Below are positions 9,425 to 17,240 of a stretch of 21,385 nt of DNA, in pieces. The stretch lies in contig JAJRZD010000068.1 of the NCBI GenBank assembly GCA_024275415.1, positions 1 through 21,385 on the forward strand. Direction: 5' to 3'. The notes under the pieces were generated by a model. The model saw nothing but the letters and a program-made list of their open reading frames with translations. It had not been told where the DNA came from and did not search any database. Each line of letters opens with the position of its first letter. Positions within the stretch are counted from its first letter, which is position 1. The position numbers and the translations under genes were made by a program. This DNA comes from an archaeon. Lineage in GTDB: Archaea; Asgardarchaeota; Thorarchaeia; Thorarchaeales; Thorarchaeaceae.

Positions 9425-10824
9425 TGAATCTCTCTGGAAGATTTTCCTCATTCAAGCGAATGCATGAGCAAATTCTGGTTTGGTGTCCGCTTTTCATCTC
9501 TATTTTCATTATCATATGTGTCCTTGTGCAACCTCTAGGAATAACTGTTGTGTACTTTTCTGATATGAACCGAGAGGATGAAGGAATTCGCCTATCTCCT
9601 GACCGTTATATCTCGGGAGTTCTTAATGAAGATGATATCACCTATAGGCGTTCCAACGCTAGCCTGTTGCATATTAATATTGATTCTCCACCATATATGG
9701 TACAGTACTTTGGCACACTATATCTCATTTCAAGACTCCGTACAACGTCAGAGTTGCTTATACTAAGGACGGGAACTGAAAATGGAACCATCTCAAAATG
9801 GGTGCTGAATAGGGCCCTAGATAAGTATTCAGCAAAGCTGGTTTATAGCTCCAAAACTAAGCTATCTCAATCACTAGCTCGGTTGCCTGATGATTCTACT
9901 TATTTCCTAGGCACCCCCTATGATGAGATCTTGGATCTAACTCAGGATCCGATGACTTGGTCCGATCCCGTAAACTGGACAGGTAGCATCCGAGGCCCCC
10001 TCTCGTTCTATGTCTATTCCAACAGTCCATACTCGATTAATCTCACAAAAAACGACCTCAACCAATACGAAGGGGTCGATGTCCTTAACATTACTGTCAA
10101 GAATATGAAAGGTACAATCCTTTACCGAACTGGGATTCCCGATGACGGCATTTCAACTGCAAACCATGTATCTGGTATCACACAAGAAGTCCAAATCGAC
10201 CTTCCAGCAAACGAAATTGTTCTTGTTGAATGTAATTCAACGTATGATTTACGGATTTCCCGTATTATGTCGGATTACGATGTGTCCTTTTGTTTCAAAG
10301 ATGGTTTTCATTACCTTGGGTCTGCTGATGGCTCGTCATCCCCTCCTCCTGTTTTCTTCTACAGCTACTCTGGTTCGCTTAGTCTTAGACTTGCTCACTA
10401 TTCAAACCGACAAAGTGTTCATGTCATTCAAGAAGGATCAAACCAGACGGTTTACCTAAACAAGACCAGCACTACCGTTATTCAAGTAACTCCAAAGACG
10501 CTTGGCTACATAGTTTTTGAGAAAGGCGATACGGTTATCAACACAGAAGGATATACTGCACTTTCTTCTTCAAATTTCTTTAAACCCTATCGAATCTATC
10601 AAATCTCCGATGCCGATTTGGCAGATTACATAATTGCAGATTATATTCCCTCTGTTGCTGATGATGATGGTTGGGCGTTGGTTTCCGTAATTCTTAACCC
10701 TATGGAGATTTTCGTAACAAATGACGGAACTATAGATTTAGTCATAGTGTCTTCCCATGGGATTAATGTTGATTTGGATTGGGTTCGAATTGAAATCACT
10801 CTCCCTCCGATTTGGGCGCGATAA
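9421..10824 (+). CDS. Membrane-anchored extracellular protein of unknown function, 467 aa
   Basis: Single N-terminal hydrophobic segment (ILVWCPLFISIFIIICVLV) followed by a beta-rich S/T/D/Y-rich region with 8 N-X-S/T sequons. ATGA overlap with the paralog A stop. Confidence 0.8.
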   Translation: MMNLSGRFSSFKRMHEQILVWCPLFISIFIIICVLVQPLGITVVYFSDMNREDEGIRLSPDRYISGVLNEDDITYRRSNASLLHINIDSPPYMVQYFGTLYLISRLRTTSELLILRTGTENGTISKWVLNRALDKYSAKLVYSSKTKLSQSLARLPDDSTYFLGTPYDEILDLTQDPMTWSDPVNWTGSIRGPLSFYVYSNSPYSINLTKNDLNQYEGVDVLNITVKNMKGTILYRTGIPDDGISTANHVSGITQEVQIDLPANEIVLVECNSTYDLRISRIMSDYDVSFCFKDGFHYLGSADGSSSPPPVFFYSYSGSLSLRLAHYSNRQSVHVIQEGSNQTVYLNKTSTTVIQVTPKTLGYIVFEKGDTVINTEGYTALSSSNFFKPYRIYQISDADLADYIIADYIPSVADDDGWALVSVILNPMEIFVTNDGTIDLVIVSSHGINVDLDWVRIEITLPPIWAR

Positions 10825-11041
10825 CGAGAATCTCTTTCTTTGAGAAAAGCTTCAATCCAATATCAAATGTAACTATGATAATAAAGAGCGCAAGAAACAC
10901 CACCAATGAGATGGAAAATAGTTCATTGAATGGGAATATTGGGAAAAGAAACCAAAGAACTCCATAGAACAAGCTACCTATACTTGCTGAGTGGAATAGA
11001 TTGCGTATTACATCATCTGTATCCATTCTACGACTATCCAT
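10796..11041 (-). CDS. Small two-TM membrane protein, 81 aa
   Basis: The ATG overlaps the stop of 11041-12573 by one base (TGATG). Two hydrophobic helices and charged termini. It fills the gap between two large genes, with a 29-nt convergent overlap with the 467-aa gene. Confidence 0.65.
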   Translation of the reverse strand: MDSRRMDTDDVIRNLFHSASIGSLFYGVLWFLFPIFPFNELFSISLVVFLALFIIIVTFDIGLKLFSKKEILVIAPKSEGE

Positions 11042-12573
11042 CAGGATTCCTCCTGAATAACTCTGATCAATCTATACGAGTAGCCTACTGCCACCTCCTG
11101 AAAATATGTGGACTTCTCTATCCCCTCTACATGCCGTGGCTGCCCTCCATATGCCACAGTAAACCACACATTACTTCGAATCTCCTTTGAAATGCTGCTG
11201 TAGAGGATAATGAATGAGATATTGTATTTGGCAAGCATCCCAAGAACCGCCGATTCATCCGTCCAGTTGATGTATATTACAGCATCCTCCTCCAATACAT
11301 CCTTGCCCAAGTTATAGAAATCTGCTTTGGGAATCAAAGGGGCAAAATAGTAGCTCCTGAATAGTACCCTGTCCTCATACTGGATGTATGTCGAAAACAA
11401 CATGGCATCTTCAAGATCTCGAGCCCCAACCTCTCCTTTTTCCATCCCTGTATGTACTGCCGCTGAGAAAGACAACGCTGAGAGAAATATGATTAGGAGG
11501 ACGAATATCAGCTTGATTGCTCTTTTGTTTGCTAGTAGTCTGAAATACTTGATGAGGCCTAGCATCATCACTATTACGATAGCTGGATAAAATACATAGA
11601 GATAGGACAGTGTAGTTGGAACCTTGGATAGAATGAATGGAATTGCAGCAGGAAGACTCCACGAGAAAGCCATCTTGTAGATTGTACTTGGGTATTGTGA
11701 TCGAATCGTATTCAAGAGGATTAGAATCAATCCTACAGGGACAAAGACTTGTGCTAGGATTTTCACCCATGTAGAATAATATTCCCAAGTATATCCCACA
11801 GGAACTCCCCAGTATTCCTGATTTAAGATGGAACCATATTTAATGGTAGCCCATGCATTAGGATAATGATAGAAGTTCCATCCATCAATTGAGAACCTCC
11901 ATAGTATGTATGGTGCAGTGAAGCAACCAAGAAGAATGTAGAATGAGAATATATTAATCACTCTGTTCTTAATGTTGCCCTCTTGAAGGAAGATATAGAG
12001 GACAGGGTAAATCATCAAGAAGGTTGACAAAATATGAGTCATATATGATAGAGCCAAAGAGAGGGCCGATAAAAACATTAGACGTCTACTTTGCTCCTTC
12101 AATGATTTGTCGAGTAGATATAACGATAGGAATGCAAAGAACATAAAGATAGGATATTGCTTTCCGCTCTGGACACCAAAGAATGTGAGGCTAGATACAG
12201 CAAAGATTGCTGATGAAGCAAAGAATGAAAGGCGTTCATCCGAGGTTTCTCGTACGACGAATTTGAAGATTAAAACACACAGGGCAAGTATGAAGAATGC
12301 CTGTGTATAGAATATCAATCGATAGTCCAATCCAAAAATCGCGAATAACACCGTATAGAGTACCACATCAACAATTGGTGCAGATTCAAGATTTCCATGT
12401 AGAAGGAGTTCTCTTGCGTTATAGAACTCGTATCCTGCGTCCGAATACAAAGTGAGTGCATATTGGTTTAGTACACTTATCGCAACTAGCATTATGACTA
12501 GAATGTATGTTAAGGGATTCAACAAGATCTTTGACTTTAAGGATTCAAAGATTGCTATCACACTCTTCTCCAC
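11041..12573 (-). CDS. GT-C-like polytopic membrane glycosyltransferase, paralog B (510 aa)
   Basis: Motifs DAGYEFYNAR, SGKQYPIFMFFA and PYILWRFSIDG…YGSILNQEYWGVP. Colinear with paralog A. Confidence 0.65.
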   Translation of the reverse strand: MEKSVIAIFESLKSKILLNPLTYILVIMLVAISVLNQYALTLYSDAGYEFYNARELLLHGNLESAPIVDVVLYTVLFAIFGLDYRLIFYTQAFFILALCVLIFKFVVRETSDERLSFFASSAIFAVSSLTFFGVQSGKQYPIFMFFAFLSLYLLDKSLKEQSRRLMFLSALSLALSYMTHILSTFLMIYPVLYIFLQEGNIKNRVINIFSFYILLGCFTAPYILWRFSIDGWNFYHYPNAWATIKYGSILNQEYWGVPVGYTWEYYSTWVKILAQVFVPVGLILILLNTIRSQYPSTIYKMAFSWSLPAAIPFILSKVPTTLSYLYVFYPAIVIVMMLGLIKYFRLLANKRAIKLIFVLLIIFLSALSFSAAVHTGMEKGEVGARDLEDAMLFSTYIQYEDRVLFRSYYFAPLIPKADFYNLGKDVLEEDAVIYINWTDESAVLGMLAKYNISFIILYSSISKEIRSNVWFTVAYGGQPRHVEGIEKSTYFQEVAVGYSYRLIRVIQEES

Positions 12574-12739
12574 ACTTACAGCTCCTCATTCGTGCTTATG
12601 TTTCTTAAGACGCATTAGGGTTAATATTTTTATGTTATCATCAGGACAAGTGAAGTCAAGATCGCAAAGCAGTCCCACAATCCTTATCTGCATGTCCTGA
12701 AAGCAGCTCGTTATCCTCTCGCATTAGGACGAAATTCCT

Positions 12740-13501
12740 TTGAAACTGATAGTGATGATTCCTGCCTATAATGAGGCTCATAGCATACAGAGAGTAATAC
12801 AAAGTATCCCTCGAAAGATTCCTGGAATTGATAAGGTGGAGGTATTACTTGTAGATGACGGATCCGCAGACAAAACAAGCGAGTTTGCTCATGAAGCAGG
12901 GGCTGATCATGTATATCGTCATGCAAAGAATTTTGGCGTTGTTCATGCTTTTAAGAATGGACTGACAAAAGCACTCGATAAAGGGGCTGATATCATCGTC
13001 AATATCGACGCTGATGGCCAATTTGACGCTGAAGAGATACCCATGCTTGTTGCACCAGTTCTATCTGGAAAAGCAGATGTCGTTCTCGGATCACGTTTCA
13101 GTGGATCAAGCTATCGCCGAGTACCCCTCATAAAGCGAATAGGAAACATTATCATCAGTCTTATTGTATCGTTGCTTTCAGCACAGCGAATACGTGACAC
13201 TCAATGTGGCTTTCGAACATTATCTAGAACAGCTGCTGAAAAAACCCAGCTCAGCGGCTTGTTCACATATACGCAAGAGATGATTCTTATGCTATCCTTC
13301 AAGAGAATGAGGCTTGTGGAACTTCCAATCTCAGTGAGATACTTTGCTGATCGTGAATCCCGAGTTGTAAAGAATATCTCTAGATACACCTTTAAGGTTC
13401 TTGGAGTCCTACTTGTCACAATCATCCGAAGGTTCTGGAGATATTTCCTTTTGATTATGACATGCGTTTTTGCACTCATTGTTCCACTCGTGATGCTTTG
13501 A
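12740..13501 (+). CDS. Polyprenol-phosphate glycosyltransferase (DPM/DPG-synthase-like GT2), 253 aa
   Basis: Motifs IPAYNEA, VDDGSADKT, IVNIDADGQF, VVLGSRF and RDTQCGFR, with a hydrophobic C-terminal anchor. TTG start. Sugar specificity is unknown. Confidence 0.88.
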   Translation: MKLIVMIPAYNEAHSIQRVIQSIPRKIPGIDKVEVLLVDDGSADKTSEFAHEAGADHVYRHAKNFGVVHAFKNGLTKALDKGADIIVNIDADGQFDAEEIPMLVAPVLSGKADVVLGSRFSGSSYRRVPLIKRIGNIIISLIVSLLSAQRIRDTQCGFRTLSRTAAEKTQLSGLFTYTQEMILMLSFKRMRLVELPISVRYFADRESRVVKNISRYTFKVLGVLLVTIIRRFWRYFLLIMTCVFALIVPLVML

Positions 13502-13568
13502 TTGCCCCGTATAACATAATGAGTCCTCGGAACAGATAAGACAAGTCTAGTATAACTACCGGTTGTGA

Positions 13569-13836
13569 TGCCGGAATTCGGACACGATATCAATCAGATT
13601 TGTTCTTCAAACGTATCTCACCCAACTAGAGTTTCTGAACAGACTGGTTGAAGTGATAGAGGTTGCTATTGCACAAGAGGTAGTAGATGACGGTGATGAC
13701 AGACTTTTGATGACCCTTCTTGGGATTGACTACCGCACTGCTGTTCACCAATGAGGTTGGTGACCTTGAACAATTGATGTCATTGCTTTGAAGATAATTG
13801 GAATTCTAATGAATACGACGAGAATCCCAATCGGGT
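13569..13836 (+). pseudogene. IS110-family transposase remnant (C-terminal Transposase_20 region)
   Basis: Hand translation gives RFVLQTYLTQLEFLNRLVEVIEVAIAQEVVDDGDDRLLMTLLGIDYRTA. After a frameshift near 13747 it reads NEVGDLEQ…(4 stops)…RRESQSG. The spacing from E(V)GD to SG matches the family pattern LxxIPGIG…A…EIGD…QSG. Confidence 0.75.
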
Positions 13837-14020
13837 GCTGCTTTTTGTATTTCTGTGGATTGGATGTTACAAAGGAAATCTTTGAAATCAATGAATCCAC
13901 GCCCTTGAATCTTTTCCAGCGCTAACAGCCATGTAGAAGTCCTGTATTATTGATAGACTATTTTGAGATACGCTTCTAACCCCCGAAGTAGAACTGTGAC
14001 AACCATAGTCCGATATGTTC

Positions 14021-15367
14021 TCATGGTCGCTTAATCCCAGCTTTTCCAATGGCCCGATATTCGAACCCCTTCCCTTCGACTGTTTCTCTATCGAACACAT
14101 TGCGGCCATCAACGACCACGGGAGTGCGCATCAATCCCTTCAGTTCAGCAAAATCGATGGAGAAGTACTCTTTGTGCTTGGTGACCAATGCAATACAGTC
14201 CGAGCCTGTCACTGCTTTCTCAAGATCATGTTCGATCTCCTGCTGTCCCAGATCCCACTCTCTCACGTACGGGTCATGCAAGACAACCTCCGCCCCTTTC
14301 GCTAGGAGTGAGCCAATCAGTGTAGCTGCAGGTGAATTCCGAGTATCATCGGAGTTCTCAAGATAGGCAGCTCCCAGTACTGTCACAGTGGCATCTTGGA
14401 TTGACATACCCCTTGCTCTCAAGGCATTCTCGATGAGGTCTGACATATGGATGGGCATGTGGTTGTTGACTCTCCGTGCAAGTGCGATGAATTCGGGTTC
14501 CACTTTCCATGTGCCATACTCGTAGAGTCCATACCTGAGCAGCCATGGATCCTTTGGGAGACAGTGTCCTCCCACACCAGCACCAGGGATATGCATCATC
14601 CTGTCGTCACGGGCATTGATCAGCCGGATGAGTTCGTATACATCAACCCCAAGGCTCTCACAGACCAGCGCCATCTCATTTGCGAACGCAATGTTCACAT
14701 CCCTATAGGCATTCTCAATGGTCTTACAAAGTTCCGCGCCGAGCGTGTCAGTTGTGGAGATCTCCTTCTTCACAATCTTCGAATAGAGCTCATAGGCTCT
14801 CTGGGTGCTTTGTGGTGTGATCCCACCTACGACCCGAGGCATGTTCACGATGTACTCGATGAGCTTTCCTGGCATGACCCGTTCATATGAGAATGCCAGA
14901 TCGAAATCCTCGCCACCCTTTAGACCTGATTCGCGTTCGATAATCTTCTGGACAACATTCTGTGTGGTTCCGGGTGCGACTGTGGATTCGACAATGACCA
15001 AAGCTCCTTTCTTGATGCGTTGGCCGATGTTCGCACTGACCTCTCTAAGTGAATCGTACCTTGGCATATTCTGCGAATCAGTAGGTGTCTGCACATCTAT
15101 CAGGATTATATCTGCATCCCTCAAGACCTCAAGGTCATCAGTGACCCTGAAGGTGCCCTTGGCAACAACTTTAGCAATCAACTCATCCAGCCCAGGCTCA
15201 TCGCCTTCAAATGGTGATTTACCACTGTTGAGGACATCAATCTTCCAGCCTGAGCGTTTCGACCTCCTCTGCAGCCCTGTTACATTATGACCATCCACAT
15301 CAGCAAGAAGTGCAGCGGCAGGAATCCCTACATAGCCCATTCCAATGACGACGATTTTTGTTACCAT
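14021..15367 (-). CDS. Nucleotide-sugar 6-dehydrogenase (UDP-N-acetylhexosamine dehydrogenase, WecC/WbpA-like), 448 aa
   Basis: Motifs IVVIGMGYVGIP (Rossmann fold), VESTVAPGTT, ERVMPG, KTIENAYRDVNIAFANE, GVGGHCLPKDP (catalytic Cys) and DDTRNSP. SD GAGGTTGA. Confidence 0.93.
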   Translation of the reverse strand: MVTKIVVIGMGYVGIPAAALLADVDGHNVTGLQRRSKRSGWKIDVLNSGKSPFEGDEPGLDELIAKVVAKGTFRVTDDLEVLRDADIILIDVQTPTDSQNMPRYDSLREVSANIGQRIKKGALVIVESTVAPGTTQNVVQKIIERESGLKGGEDFDLAFSYERVMPGKLIEYIVNMPRVVGGITPQSTQRAYELYSKIVKKEISTTDTLGAELCKTIENAYRDVNIAFANEMALVCESLGVDVYELIRLINARDDRMMHIPGAGVGGHCLPKDPWLLRYGLYEYGTWKVEPEFIALARRVNNHMPIHMSDLIENALRARGMSIQDATVTVLGAAYLENSDDTRNSPAATLIGSLLAKGAEVVLHDPYVREWDLGQQEIEHDLEKAVTGSDCIALVTKHKEYFSIDFAELKGLMRTPVVVDGRNVFDRETVEGKGFEYRAIGKAGIKRP

Positions 15368-15575
15368 TTTCTCAACCTCAGGTCGAACTCAATGGCGAGG
15401 GAAATCTGACCGTTGAAAAGCATTTCTCTTGAGCCATTTCAGAACATTATCCACGCGATTATCCCTTTAATCTACTCGTGTGGTGTGGAGTCAATCATAC
15501 GACCGAGTTGCCAACCACGCTCTTCTGGGAACTGGCTGTGCCAAAATGGCTGATACATTGACGTTTTCCCAAGCA

Positions 15576-17213
15576 CTAGGTTACTTGGGAATTCCTCTTG
15601 TACAGAAGCAAGCCCGACACAACAATTGCCAGAATCCCAATCCCAAGCCCACCGATGACAATGAGATTCACTTCTACAATTATCTCAATGAGCATGACAT
15701 GTGTGACCTCGTCTTCGTTCTGGATGATGAATGCCAGAACATGTTCTCCAGCTGTCAATGAGGTGATCTCTATCACGACATCATTCTGCTGCCAGAAGGG
15801 CAGGAGCGCAAAGGTTTCTTCTACGAGTGTGAGACCGCTCTCAACCAGAATCACCTGAATCTCGCTTCTGTACGGTCTATGGAATGTATCCCAAACCGAG
15901 AAGGCCATTACAAGTTTCTCGCCTTCGGTGATGGTGCTCATGTATGATAATGACGCGACCACTAGGTCTGGATAGAATCTTACTGCTCCTCCTACTGGGA
16001 CTGTCCACGCGAAATCGTCTGTTGCATTGATTGTCCACTTCCAGATAATCTCTCCCTCGGCATTCACCTCTACAAGAACAGGATTCACCTCTGCTGATGC
16101 CATCCAAACGGTATTCCCATTAGGTAGCCTCTCAACAAGACCTTCTATTGGTCTGTCAGAGGGCGGATCATATCGCCACACCTCATTGGCACTATTGGCC
16201 ACCTCATCAACTGTGAACTCTATCGCCCGAGCATTGCCACCATCATTAGAAGCCCTACCATATACAAGAAACCTATCTCCACCGACCAATTCAAGGTCCG
16301 AAGCATCAAAGAAGAGGCTAGTCACACTGTTTCCATTATCATCATACATCTCAAGTGGCGTAGTCAGCCCATTATACCTGCCAACAGACCAGACGGGTGT
16401 TCCAAGGTTCCTGTTTATTTTCACGATACAATCAAGATTCCTGACGTTTAGATAGATCTCGTTATTGTCAAGGTCCCAGTAAATACTGTTAGCGTGCGTC
16501 CAGTCAAGCCCTTCATCAATCGTTTCGTTTCTCAGGTAGAACTCATCCTCGTCGAACGGGAAGGAGGCATTCACACGCCACCTCCATCTCTCCACACCTG
16601 TTACGTGATACTCGACGACATCATCCGACCATATTGGAAGGATTTCTCCCTCAAAATCGAACTCCCCTATCTTCACTCTCTCGATGATGAGGAATGTCTT
16701 CTCAAACGGATTATATGTGATATCATCATGTCCCTGTGGAACCGGCAGCAATCGAGTATCATTAGTTTCGAGGTTCCAAAGCATGACGCTCCCAGAATCA
16801 GGTTCTCCGAAGAACACGGTAGTCGAATTCACGAAGCCAGGTGACTCGGGCACACCGCCTGGGATGTAAAGACCATTCACGATTTTCCCTGATGTGTCTA
16901 CAACGAGCATGTAGCCTTCAACAGTCGTGGTGTTGGGATAGTCAGGATATACGCCAAGAGCCAGCAGGTTCCATCCATCAATGAATTGCCCTTCGTCGTC
17001 GATTGTCATATGCGATGCATTCTCAAAGGACTGCAATATGGTGTCGTTCTGCACCAACGAGGAGGTAGGTTGAACACCAAGCTGGGTTATGCCGTCCACA
17101 CTCAAGGTCACATTTCCTGCATTGGAGATAAGAGATGAAGAAATGAATAGAATGATTAGGACTCTCGCAAGGAACCGCATACTCCTGAAGCACAGCGCCA
17201 TGGGCTTGCACAC
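15576..17213 (-). CDS. Secreted, C-terminally anchored arylsulfotransferase (ASST)-fold protein, probably catalytically altered
   Basis: Signal-like N-terminus. Motifs GHDD, DWTHANSIYWD, YLNVRNLDCIVKI…VWSVG and RLPNGNT. C-terminal TM helix followed by KR. The true start may be an internal ATG (17201 or 17180). Confidence 0.75.
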   Translation of the reverse strand: MCKPMALCFRSMRFLARVLIILFISSSLISNAGNVTLSVDGITQLGVQPTSSLVQNDTILQSFENASHMTIDDEGQFIDGWNLLALGVYPDYPNTTTVEGYMLVVDTSGKIVNGLYIPGGVPESPGFVNSTTVFFGEPDSGSVMLWNLETNDTRLLPVPQGHDDITYNPFEKTFLIIERVKIGEFDFEGEILPIWSDDVVEYHVTGVERWRWRVNASFPFDEDEFYLRNETIDEGLDWTHANSIYWDLDNNEIYLNVRNLDCIVKINRNLGTPVWSVGRYNGLTTPLEMYDDNGNSVTSLFFDASDLELVGGDRFLVYGRASNDGGNARAIEFTVDEVANSANEVWRYDPPSDRPIEGLVERLPNGNTVWMASAEVNPVLVEVNAEGEIIWKWTINATDDFAWTVPVGGAVRFYPDLVVASLSYMSTITEGEKLVMAFSVWDTFHRPYRSEIQVILVESGLTLVEETFALLPFWQQNDVVIEITSLTAGEHVLAFIIQNEDEVTHVMLIEIIVEVNLIVIGGLGIGILAIVVSGLLLYKRNSQVT

Positions 17214-17240
17214 CGTTTCCTGTCTGAAAAGGATGTTGTA

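Noticed and set aside
13560-14024. Minus-strand frame starting at an ATG overlapping the dehydrogenase stop (MRTYRTMVVT…)
   Set aside because: It stops after 25 codons and shows no recognisable family. The plus-strand IS110 match explains the region better.
15368-15575. Possible structured RNA or tRNA in the spacer between the dehydrogenase and the ASST-like gene
   Set aside because: Only weak G-U-rich stems, with no cloverleaf, T-loop or other recognisable motif.
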